From NCBI GenBank assembly GCA_028534125.1, contig CM052832.1:11286001-11350000 (forward strand): DNA of 64,000 nt, in the 5' to 3' direction. The notes below the pieces were generated by a model. It was given only the letters and a program-made list of their open reading frames with translations, did not search any database and had not been told where the DNA came from. Of the stretch, positions 52,623 through 64,000 are shown piece after piece (within the stretch, counting starts at the first letter, position 1; every line of letters starts with the position of its first letter). This DNA is from Lama glama (Eukaryota). Both the position numbers and the translations under genes were made by a program.

Positions 52623-53619
52623 GAGGTGTTAGCTTTCACAATCAGTTGCTAATATGTGATGAGTAGAAGGATGGGAAGAAACAGCTGCAGTATTTTCACT
52701 TACATATTTGGAATGTAAAATTATATCTGTGATATTTAGAGGTTACAGTCACATGAGATTAATTAATGACACGAAAAGCATTGTCACTTCAGTCTATTCC
52801 ATTTTCCTCATACTTTGTATATAAATAAATGCATGCAATTTCTTTTCCTGAGATTCAGAGGTGAAATGCACTTTAAAAATTATGTATTATTGTGGATTTG
52901 GATTTTTTTCGCTTATTGTCCAGCTAGTCTTTATAATTGCTGTATGAATTGTTTGATTTATTCTGTATTTTTACTACATCATGTTTTTGAAATCTGTTCT
53001 GAATTTTTAGCATATAAAGTAAAACCATAAGATAACCTAAAAGAGTTTTGAATAACTTAGGCTTGCCAGGGCACTTTACTGTGTCCTTTGGAAGAATACA
53101 GAAGATTTGGAAACACCTCTGACTATTACAGAAAAAAAGCATTACACTCTTTTGAGACTGTCAACATCATCTATATCAAGCATTCACTATGTTACAAGAA
53201 TTTCAGTGAGCTCTTTTTGGGCATTATAAAGAATTTAAACTGTATTCTTATCTTCATTTTACTTACCATTTAGTTGGGACATGTAACATGTATGTGAAAC
53301 ACCTCATGAGACTTCTGCAAAACACAACTCCTCAATTATCCAGTTAATAATATCAATATATGCACAAAAAGGCACACAAATCATTTAGGGCTGCAGTAGT
53401 CTCATGAATGGAGCCCACATCAACCAATACTTCCCTGTCACAGCTCACTCGATCCTGTCACACCACTGTCTTAGCTCCCATGAGCCTCCATGATTTCCTA
53501 ATCTCACTGGCATATGCCAAGACCTGTTCTGACTGAGCCACAAGCTGGCAGTGCTACCAAGGTAGGAGGAGTGCTGAGTCTTCCTGGAGACAGTATATAT
53601 GGGGAAGAGCCTTTAGAAT

Positions 53620-54512
53620 TGTTAGCAGATGGAGGAACCCCTAAATTAGGAAGCCCACCAGTGTGGGTTCTTGCCACCAGCTGTGAAAGAGTTCACACAG
53701 CAGAAGCAGAAGGACAAAATGAACAGCCGCTTTATTACTCAGAAGAGGAAAGTGAAGGAAAGTGCTTGAGCAGGGAAAAGGGAAGAAAAACACTTGAGCG
53801 AGAAAAAGGCGCTAGAGTGGGGAGCTGTCAGCCAAGATGGGCGGTAGGGACAGCTCCCACCGGGGTCAGGCCATGTGGACTCTTATGAGAGGCTTCCACC
53901 ATCACGTCCTCCTTCCTGGTGTGATGGGGCCAATCAGTCCTTGTCTGAGTTTTTCAGTCCTTGTATGGGCTTTTATGGTTGTTGTCATGGCAATTGCCAG
54001 CTGTCCTGGCGATGGTAGGCATGTCATTTAGCATGTTACTATATTACAATGAGCATATAATGAGACTCGAGTCCACTGGAAGTCAAATCCTCCACCATTT
54101 TGGACTGAATAGGTCCTAACTAGTTCTTATTTCTTCTCTGCAGCTACCTCCTAAGACTTAGAGTAATTGGTTTCTGTTTGAGGGAGCAGCAAGTATATGA
54201 TCCTGGGGGCAACAGCCTTGGTAAGAAAAAGGAAATCAGAATGCCTGCAACCTAGTGGACCCAGCATCCTCCCCCAAAAACCCATCTCCACAGATTCTGT
54301 TCAGCCAAGAACGTTCTGTAGGGAAGTGAAGGAATAATCTCAGCTAATCATTGAGTTAGGTGGTTGGAGTTGTCGCCATCCCCCAGTCCTTGTCCTAATC
54401 AATTGCCTAAGCCTGCTCTTCTACAACTCAGGGAGGCCTGGGAGACTTAAGCTTTTCTATAAATAAGAGGCAGGGGTTGGGGGCAGGGTTCACAGGGTCC
54501 CGCTCCCTTTCA
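53620..54512 (-). mobile_element. ERV1-class solo LTR (893 bp), antisense to KIF6
   Basis: TG...CA termini and a perfect 4-bp TSD gaat (53616-53619, 54513-54516). The minus strand starts tgaaagggag and has AATAAA at 53731-53736, about 110 bp from its 3' end. Confidence 0.85.
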
Positions 54513-54859
54513 GAATGAAATCTAAGTGAGTGAGGGGAAAGGGTTCCATTAGATGGCTACAGGGATCATCTGGACTGGGTGATAAGGGTCACAGGTAGCA
54601 TATTAATCTCCCTGCTCTGAAACTTCCATAGCAGTTAACCTATGTATTGTTTAGTAAATTACACTGGACCTTGTGTTTTCAGATTGAGTTCTAGGATAGT
54701 GAAGACATTTTACAAAATGAGAGCTAGTTATTATGAACCAGAGTGCAGCCTGATGTTATTCAGGCTGGCTGACCACCTATTATCTTTCAGTACATATCTA
54801 ACTCAATTCAAGAGGCAAGCCCTAGGAATAACCCCATTAGATGGACTAATGGCAAAATA

Positions 54860-55220
54860 GATCTTTTACGATAGCAAAAAATAAATAAAATACTCAGGAA
54901 ACGTTCAGAGACTTTGTAAAATCAATAGTAAAGTTTTTAGTGAGAAATAAAAGAAGACTTGAAGATGAATGGCGAGCTATTAATCTAAGTTTGAAAGAAA
55001 AGTGTGAACACTTTAAAGAGGTTAGTTATTCCCATACTGATGTTGAAGTTCAATGAAATTTCTAAGCAAAACTGGAAAGACTTAAAAAAAAAATCTAGTT
55101 CCAGAGTGTATCTGAAAGGAAAAACAACCAAGAAGAGTAAAGAAGTGTTTGGAAAATAGAGAAATGAGGGAGGCCTTGTGACACCATACACTGAAATTAG
55201 GTAAAAACTCTAATTATGAA
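54860..55220 (+). mobile_element. Old L1 ORF2 fragment
   Basis: ttttacgatagcaaaaaataaataaaatactcagga...gagaaataaaagaagacttgaa. Confidence 0.55.
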
Positions 55221-55224
55221 GTCA

Positions 55225-55690
55225 CATTATAGCAGTCCAGTTTATGGCAGCTTAACCAAATAGTCCCTCCCTCCACTCCGCCCTCCACCCCACCCTACAC
55301 AAAAAGGACCCTGGAGATTGCAGCCCAGGGCTGCTAAGGGATGCTCCAGGATGCCATCAGGGCTTCCTTTTGTCATTTTACAGAGCCATTCTCAGCAGAT
55401 GGCTTCAGTTTTCTGCAAAATGACTGCCTTACCTTCAGCATCACATCCACATTCCTGGAAGAAAAAAGAAGGAAAAAGGTATGTGCTGGCTGAAGCTGCC
55501 CATTTAACAGTCTTCCCAGAAGCTCTGTCCATTGACTTTCACTTATCACTGATCAGAAGTGTGTCACATGGCCAGCTGTAGTTGCCCTAAGGGAGGCAGG
55601 GAAAGTCTAGTATTTTAAAATAATTCCCTGAAGAAAAGCAGAGCCTAATAGGGAGAAGAGGACATCAGATCCCATATAGGCAACATGCAC
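55225..55690 (-). mobile_element. Old MaLR LTR (MLT1-like) fragment
   Basis: aaaatgactgcc...cagcatcacatccacattcc...ttcacttatcactgatcagaagtgtgtcacatggcca...aagggaggcagggaaa. Confidence 0.55.
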
Positions 55691-57282
55691 TATGAGCCAC
55701 AATTAGGTATTTAGGGGAAAAAAAAATCCATGTAGATCGCCCATTTCCTTCCCTTCACCTGTATCAGAATATAACAAAAGAAAGATAGTATCATTAATAG
55801 TAAAAGATATAATAATATGCATACATTCATAATTTTACCACAAATCTGCAAAATATGCATAAGAAAATTAATTTAAGGAAATATATCAACATATTATCAT
55901 TGCCTTTGTGATGAGACTTTTTTTTAATTCTTTCTACTTTAAAATGTTTCAAATGTCTTCATAAGAAGTGTATATTACTTCTGTAGTTGGAAAAATAATA
56001 AAATTTATGTTAAAATGAAAATAAATAAAAATAAATAAACTTGGAACTTGAAAAATGCAATAGCATAAACTTAGAGGTGTATAAAGCTATTTACTTGGCA
56101 GAGGAGATGCTGTGTTTTTCCAAAATTACAAACCCATTGCATCTAGATCTATTTATTCCTATAATTTCCCCAAATGTGGAAAACTTGAGCACATAATTTG
56201 TGATACTGAAACTATAAAATCTGAACGAGAGAGCAAGTATTAGTAAAAATGGGAGGAAAATTATTTTCTTTGGAAAAAAAATGCTGTAGCACTAAAGAAG
56301 ATAAATTTTATTGTTTGGGTCTATTTGGAATTAAGCCAAACAAGACATTTCATTAAATGATGGGTTATTTGTGAGCTTGAAGCACCAGAAGAAGCATGAT
56401 GGCTGAATGTAGTTGGAAATTAGCAAAGGGTGTGAGTATAAGAGGGACAAAAGCAAGCACAGTTTTTTTAATGTTAAATATTTACTCCTGGAAAATGATG
56501 CAAATGGTGTTTGCCTGAAGGCAATAGGTAAGTCTATGATTTGGGAGCCGTTTGTCTGTTGGTGGCTGCAAAATGATGTTGTTTGGGGTGAGAGAGATTT
56601 GGTTAATTTAGTATAATAGAGGAAGGTGATCTTATCAAGTTATAAGCAATCTAAAAGTGTATCATATTTGTATATAATTTTGAGAAAAACAAAATAGAAA
56701 TAAAAGAATGTTTCATATATATATTAAGTCTTAGTGAAATAATTAAATGATTGTAACCAGTAAATTAATCAATGTAACCATCTGTGAGAAAAGGTTCTCC
56801 TACCCATTAATTGTGCCTAATTCTATCTTTGTACATCATGGATAATTCTCATTTTGGTTTTGCATTTCCGTAGCAAAACAGCTTCCAGTTCTCTTTCTTG
56901 AGTCCTTTTGGTGATGTGTGTTTCCACAGCACATGAAAGCATAAGCACAGTAAGCAGCAGAAGCTTCTTGAAACTATGGAGATGTTGCCACGGTGACACC
57001 GGGCATTCTTGAGTCTTGTAGGGAATAAATCATATACAGGTTGCCAGCACCTCTGAAATGGCAGACTTGTGGTTAGTAGAATTACCTTAGGGTGTTGATT
57101 AAACTCTTTGGGAAATCAAATGGATCAGACATCAAGTCTAATAATATTATCATTTAGCAACATAGGTAAATTAGAAATAATATTGATAATATTTAGGAGA
57201 GGATATTTACCAATTGAAATGAAAGAAGTTAATGTGGATAACAAAATGAGAATTCATCACAACAATCACTGAGAATATTTTA

Positions 57283-57481
57283 TAGCTTTGAGGATTAAGA
57301 GGCACAAACTACTATATACAAAATAAATAATCTACAAGCGTATATTGTACAGCACAGGGAATAGAGCCAATATTTCACAATAACTTTAAATTCATTATAA
57401 AAAATAATGAATCGCTATGTTGTACACCTGAAACTAATATACTATTGTAAATCAACTATACTTCAATTTTAAAGAAAAGAA
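57283..57481 (+). mobile_element. L1 3' terminus (laurasiatherian/artiodactyl type)
   Basis: ttgtacagcacagggaatagagccaatatt...gttgtacacctgaaactaata...gtaaatcaactatacttcaat followed by an A-rich tail. Confidence 0.88.
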
Positions 57482-57507
57482 TAGTTTGCAACTTTGAGTT
57501 TGGACCT

Positions 57508-58875
57508 GTTTTTTTTTTTTCCCCTGATAAAGTAGTTTTAGGTTCGCAACAAAATTGAGAGGAAGGTACAGAAATTTTCCATATGTCCCCTAACCTACAC
57601 ATGCACGCTTTTCCCGTTATCAGCACCACTCACCAAAATGATATATTTGTTACCAAGAATGAACCTACACTGACACATCAAAATCACCCTAAGTCCAGAG
57701 TTTACCAGAGATTTCACTCTTGGTATTGTACATTCTATAGGTTTGGACAAATGCATGATGACATATATCCATCAGGATAATATATAGAGTGTTTTCATTG
57801 CCTTAAGAATACTCTATACTCTGCCTTGTCATCACCACCCTCTACCACCACCCCCGGCAATCATTGATCTTTTTTTGTCTCCATGGTTTTGCCTTTTCCA
57901 GAATGTCATATAGTTGGAATCATATAGTATGTAGCTCTTTTCACACTGGCTTCTTTCCCTTAGTAATATGCATCTAAGGTTCTTCCATGTTTTTTCACAG
58001 CTCAACAGTTCATTTCTATTTTGTACTGAATAATATTCCATTGTCTGTATGTACTAAAGTTTATTTATCCATTTACCTACTGAAGGACATCTTGGTTGCT
58101 TCCCAGTTTTGGCAATTATGAATAAGGCTGCTCTAAATATTGTGAAGAGGTTTTTGTGTGAATGTAAATTTTCAGCTTCTTCGAATAAATACCAACGACC
58201 GTGATTGCTGAATTGTATGGTAGGAGTATGTTTAGTTTTATGAGAAACTACCAAATGGTCTTCCAAAGTGGCGGTACCATTTCTGCATTCCCACTAGCAG
58301 TGAATGAGAGTTCTTTTGCTCCACATCCTCCCCAGCTTTTGATATTGTCAATGTTCTGGCTTTTGGCCATTCTAATAGGTGTGTAATAGTATCTTATTAT
58401 TGTTTTAACTTGCATTTCCCTTATTTGCCATCTGTATATCTTCTTTGGTGAGGTGTCTATTAAGATTTTTGGTCCATTTTTAAAAATTGGGTTGTTTGTT
58501 TTCCTATTGTTGAACTTTAGGAGTTCTTTGTATATCTTGGATAGCAATCGTTTATCAGATGTATCTTTTGCAAATGTTTTCTCCCAGTCTGTGGCTAATC
58601 TTCTAATTCTTTAGACATTATCTTTTGCAGAACAGAAGTTTTAATTTTAATGAAGTTCAGCTTGTCAGTTATTTCCTTCATGGATCATGTCTTAGGTGTT
58701 GTATCCAAAAAGGCATCACCATACCCAAGGCCTTCTAGGTTTTCTCCTACGTTATCTCCTAGGAATTTTATAGTTTTGCATTTTACACTTAGGTCTGTGA
58801 TCCACTTTGAGTTAATTTTTATGAATCGTGGAAGATCAGTGTCTAAATTCATTTTTTTTTTGCATGTGGATGTTC
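57508..58875 (-). mobile_element. L1MC-like 3' UTR and ORF2 end, antisense
   Basis: A poly-T start, gtagttttaggttc...aaaattgagaggaaggtacag, and the minus-strand ORF remnant LSKIYKELLKFNNRKTNNPI. Confidence 0.9.
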
Positions 58876-61081
58876 AAATGAATAGTGGGGCTGTGTTTAC
58901 AACATGTGAGGTATATTCAGTTATTTAGAAGAGCCTGACTGATACCCTCCCATTTTCATGAGGCCTGCTTGCTATGTTCCAGGTCAAGATAACTAGACAG
59001 GGCTACTTCTAGTCTATATGGCACCCTCATGTGTTTATTAAAAGGCACCCCTGCCATCTTTTGGAAAATTGTTATACTATGCTGGTTTGTTAGAAGACAC
59101 TTAACTGCTCTCTGACAGACATATGTTATAATAAATCTACAAACTCATGGTGTGAATTGTACCATCTTGAACATGATTCCGTTGTGCAGTGCATGGCCTG
59201 CATCATCGCATGGGACATTTGCAGATAGGAAAAAATAATAGAAATCACCATAACAGTATTTGTCTATGACATGAAAACGAGAAACCAGATTCATTATAGT
59301 AACTCCTGGCAGGTTCCTGTTCAGCAAGTTGGTGGTACTGGAATGTTGTGGAGGTGGGGGTGTATGGTGGGGAGGGTTCTTTCATTGATGGCTTCCATTA
59401 TTGAGAACAAGAACTTGGCTATTGCTCTTTATATGTCTTCCAGTCGGTTAGAAAGAGCCTAAAAATTCCAACTACTTAGCCAAATGGAAAAGATTCTCTG
59501 TTTACAGAGAAAACACAAAGCTTGCTTCTTCCCCATCATTAAGCAGGCTGAGTATACTTAGCAGAACTTTTCCACTTAGGGGTCCAAGTTAAGGCTATCA
59601 GTGACTTTTTGCTTGAAATCTAAACATTTTGTAGAGAAAACTATTCACAGGCCCTTTTTTCAAAAAGAATCAAATAAATAGTTTGGGGGGTTTCCATCTT
59701 GGAATTAGGATTTTTTTTAAGAAACTCTAATAAAGCCCTCTTTCAAGCCTATGAAAATTATAATCAGAATCCAGTGGTGGACTAAGGATTCAGGAAATAG
59801 CTATTGATTTGTGAGAGAGCTTGAGGGGGTGGGGAAGGAGGGAGGGAGGGCCAGGGAAGGAAGCAACTCGATGAGAAACTTTTGCAAATGGTTCATATTT
59901 CCTCCTACTTTGAAAAGCATTCCACCAGCAGCAGTTTAAAACCTTCTCACTCTCAGATTAGCCCACCTAGGCAAGAGGTAGTACCCAGCTCAGGCAGAGC
60001 TTCTCTGAACAAAGGCACGAGAGTGGATGTGGCTGACAGATTGGTTGCAAGGTTGAGCGCAAAAGGGATTTTCAGTGAAGGCAGGCAGGGCAATAAGGGA
60101 AAGTCCAAAGCCTTATGCCCAAGGGACTGGGCAGAAACCAGGAAAGAATATGAAGAGAACTGGCAAGAAGGACCCTGATTGGAGAGAGAAAGTTATCCCG
60201 CAGAAGATTCCAGAAAGATGCCAGGGGGGGAGTCTTTTACAGGGTGCCCACAGATGAGCCAAACTAAACTGGACAGAAACCTGCCTTTTTATTTACTTTT
60301 CAAAACCTCCATGGGCAAGAAATCAGAAAATAGTGAGGGAAACAGTATCAGAAAAGAGTCAGAGAAATACATGATTATGGATTGCAAAAGACAGCTTAAA
60401 GTTCTATGCAGGAGAAACCGGGAGCGTGCACCAATTGTATTTTGATCACAGTGACAAAACCAGAGAAGCACCTGGAAGTCAATATAGAAGTGTAATAGTT
60501 CTGAAGTAGCCACATTGCAGATCAAAGGCTCTGAATGATTCTAGAAGGGAAAAAGTAGCTTAGCCAAATGCCGCTGATGACATCTCACATTTTCTACCTA
60601 TTCTTTTCAGAATAATCCTCAATCAGTGACTTATTTAGGTTATTTAGAAAATGAACACTTTTAGAATTCCATGCTTGCTTGTTTTCTGCATTTTTAATTT
60701 TAGTGAAGCAATGATGAGAGTATTATGACATATCACTTAGATTTTTTGCCTCAGCAATGATATAAACCCGGTGGATGTGTAGGTGGACCCACAATCCCCA
60801 GCTGAGTTTTAATTATTGTGGTTGACGGGTAGCTTAGTTTACCCATTAGCTGCATAGTCAGGGAGGTAGAGAAGAAACTTCCCGTGGAAAGACAAGCTTT
60901 TTAAAATTCACAGGAACCTGGCCTATTAGTAGATATGGCTCAAAGTGACTTCAGCTCCAACCAATAAGATGAGTAACTCTCTCCTTCAGGCTTGGGGTGG
61001 AGCTGGGTGGAAAAGTAAAGATAAAGAAACCAGAAACCTCCTCCCCACATGTCTCCCTTGCATAGTTATTAAAGATGAAGG

Positions 61082-61268
61082 CAATGGCTTTCAACCTTGG
61101 GTGTCCCCTAGAATCACCTGGAGCCTTTACAAATTCTGATACTCAGTCCACACCCCAGAGCAATCAAATCAGAATCTCTTAGGTGGGCACCGGGCAACTC
61201 CTAAGTGTTTTGTTCTGTTTAAGTTCCATAGGCTGTTGCTGTGCGCAGCCAACGTGAGAACAGTCGGT
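61082..61268. mobile_element. MER5A-like hAT MITE
   Basis: tttcaaccttgggtg...tagaatcacctggagc...ccacaccccagagcaatcaaatcagaatctct...gcagccaacgtgagaac. Confidence 0.75.
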
Positions 61269-63247
61269 TAAAGAAAACAGTGCGGGTGCCTGGCATACTT
61301 CTGGTGCCCAACGAATGTGAACATCCTCCTCTTTGAATTGTTTCCTGCCCTCCTCCAACCTCTCCCTTTTCTAAACTTGCACAAGATGGCTTTGTATCTG
61401 ACTTGGTCTTACATCATGTATCACAGGTGACTTGGCCTCAGAGTTGGAGAATTGTTTTCATCCTCATGTTGAAAAAGACAGAACTCTCTTCTTTTCTCAC
61501 TTAAAATGTACTGTCTCATCACTTATTTTGTGCTCTTATCTTCCTTCCAATATTACTTAACTTCTTTCACTTTTAAGACCTAGAATCTGTGGATTTAAGA
61601 AGAATTCTAACTTCTGTGTCCCTAGGGATTGAACTTAGCCAAACCTCCTTGAGTACTTCAGAAGGATCAGGGTAGAAATAAAGCTTAAGGATGAAAGGAG
61701 GTTCCTAAAAATAGAGCATAATTCATCTATTTCACTTAAAAATTCCTTCATGGTTTCCAAGCATTTTTTAACTCTTAAGCATTTTTAATAACCTCACTTA
61801 TGAGTCTTGTTGAAAAATAAATAAAATACACTTGTTTTCATTAAGGGAAGAGATCTTTTTCCATCTTAGTTCATATTGTTGAAGGAGACAAAAAGGAGTC
61901 CAAATCTTGGCAACAGGGGACATTATTAGTGACATATTGGTCACAGATGTGCTGGGAGAGCTGCATTTTCTTCCTGCAACTTATATTTTAAGTGCCCACA
62001 AATTACATATGAGAGTCAAGATAACCTCTTTACAAAAGAGAAGGCTGAAAAATTACGGTCTTTGCAAAATCTTCTTTTTTAAGGGATTCTAAGTGTCTTT
62101 TGTCAATAGGCAAGTGACACCTGCCCACTTGCTAGTGATCCTTTTAAGGGAGAAGTAGTGCTAGATGATGCCAGCTTTTACTTAGTATCATCAGTTCCAA
62201 ATGTTCTCAGCAAGTGCAGATACCTGGAGATACTCTGGCAATATTTGGGGATTATGAATTTCCTTTCCTTAGCAATTTTTAAGAAAATCAAGAAGGCAAA
62301 ACTCTAGGCAGAAAGGAACACTCCTTAATAACTTTATTGCTCGAATCTTAGGCCTTTGAAGCAAGACTATGAAGAGTTTAGCCAAATTGTGTTCAGTTGT
62401 AGAAAGTCCTAACAGGACTCTAAGGAGAGTATTGACAAGCCAACTCTGGAAACAGGGTTAGGATTCACCTGGGAGGAAGTGGTGTTGGCACCAGAATGCC
62501 CATTAAGGCAGTTGTAATAGGTGAACACTACTCCAGACCTAAAGCTTTTACTGTAAGGATGCAATGGAAGGAAAAGTTATGTTGTAAAAGAAAAAAGATA
62601 AAGAAATACATCTGATGGGCATAAAAGTAATAATGACAAACTAAAACTTTATCATAAGACTTCTTGAGAATTTTTAATTCACTTTGATAAGAAAACTAGA
62701 CAAGGGACTAATTCCTGGAGATGCCAGATACCTCAGTTTTCATCACGTTTAAATTGATGAGCTAACCAGTATGAAATGTCATGCAAATTGAAAGTAAGAT
62801 GAAATTGAGCAAAAGGGAAAAATTAGAAGGAGAAAAATTAGTGCATTACCTATGTAAGAAACTGAATTATGACATAGAAAAACAATGATATGGCCAAATT
62901 TCCTGACGTATAGGGAGAATATCTATTTGCATTTTTAATTCGATAAGAATATGCATTTTAAGATGATTTGGTGATCTGATGATTACAAAGACAGATGGCT
63001 TCAAATCAGGAGCTTATAATATACTTTTCAGCCCCAAAGCTATTTGATAGTACTGTCAAGGGAATACTCCTGTCAAGGAAATGTCAGTGTTTGATGTTAA
63101 TCCAGTACTGTCTGGTGTCTTGTGTATTATTTGATTTTATAAATTCAAAACGTCACACATTCAGCTTTTTAAAAAGAAACCTGTAAGAAAGACTTGAAGT
63201 TCTTTTCATTCTTAAAGTGCCTTGTGTTTTTCTCCCCATTTCTCAAG

Positions 63248-63377
63248 GAAAGTGACAGTGTTGGAAGACCCTGATCAGAATATTCACCTGAAAAACCTGT
63301 CTCTTCACCAGGCCACCACAGAGGAAGAAGCTCTGAATCTGCTTTTCTTAGGAGACACCAACAGGATGATTGCAGAG
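63248..63377 (+). CDS. KIF6: KIF6 internal coding exon (probable exon 6, 130 nt)
   Basis: Acceptor ttttctccccatttctcaAG and donor gag|GTaaaa. The first base completes CCG(Pro), then KVTVLEDPDQNIHLKNLSLHQATTEEEALNLLFLGDTNRMIAE. In kinesins this segment precedes switch I. Confidence 0.97.
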
Positions 63378-64000
63378 GTAAAAAGCTTTTCTGTGAAAGC
63401 TGTTTTTGCATATTATAAGATAAACTAGAGTTTTAGGGGTGCCAATGACCTTAAAAATATTCTTGTCCAAATCTCACGTTGAGATAAGAAAACCTAGATC
63501 CGGAGAATCGAGGAGACTCCCAAGAAATGAGCAGCAACTGAAATCTAGACTGTTTAAATTTTATATTTTTCAATTTTATACAAGTTGGTTTGCAGCTAAC
63601 CAGTGACAACTGGTCAAATATCTTAATTGTAGGAAATTTTGCACAATTTTTGAAATGTGAAAGTACCTAGTTCATTCTTCCTCATCTCCAGTCATTCATA
63701 TATTGCATATGTTTACCTATCCATATATTTTCCTGTATTTAGTGAATTAATATTTATAAAGAATTTAGAATAATGCATGGAACGTAGGAAGTGCTCTATG
63801 TATTTACAGCTATTATTGGCAGGTCTGGGAACAGCGCTATGGTGTGTGGTATATCTCAGCACAATATTTGTGATATACTTATACGAAAAACTATTTGTTG
63901 TTAATCTTACATTCATACCTAACTGGACACCTATATTTTACCTGGGAACCATAGGCAAGAACTAGGATTGACCCAGCTTGGTCATGGGCCCTAACCTCAA

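Larger units (their letters stand above)
1..64000 (+). other. KIF6: KIF6 gene body (partial: probable intron 3 through start of intron 6)
   Basis: Three + strand exons splice in frame into a contiguous kinesin motor-domain segment matching recalled KIF6. No upstream exon was found in the window, so 1-40728 is inferred to be one long intron. Confidence 0.88.

Noticed and set aside
53514..53888. 124-aa ORF
   Set aside because: Crosses the LTR boundary and has no gag, pol or env similarity.
59882..60445. Overlapping ORFs suggesting a processed pseudogene
   Set aside because: No recognisable protein, poly(A) tail or TSD.
63222..63428. 68-aa ORF as a stand-alone gene
   Set aside because: It is exon 6 plus intronic read-through; splice sites delimit 63248-63377.

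Overview
This is mammalian genomic DNA, most likely from a camelid, judged from a Vic-1-type tRNA-derived SINE and the absence of recognisable Alu, Bov-tA or PRE1 elements. The window appears to lie wholly inside the + strand KIF6 gene (kinesin-9 family). It holds three GT-AG coding exons of the motor domain: 40729-40876, 45386-45495 and 63248-63377. By my recollection of human KIF6 these are exons 4-6; they splice in frame and include the P-loop. Everything else is intron: L1, L2 and MIR relics, MaLR/ERVL/ERV1 LTRs, hAT and Tigger DNA-transposon fossils, microsatellites and a 500-N assembly gap. Almost all supplied ORFs are chance ORFs or L1 fragments. I found no evidence of a new multi-gene system. 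The most interesting items are a GQTSSGKT P-loop, a candidate poison micro-exon, a frame-preserving exon 4+5 block, RFX X-box-like motifs, an intact ERV1 solo LTR, a MER53 hairpin and a twin-primed L1 nested in a hAT transposase fossil. Repeat subfamily names come from recalled consensus sequences, boundaries of old repeats are approximate, and no database search was run.
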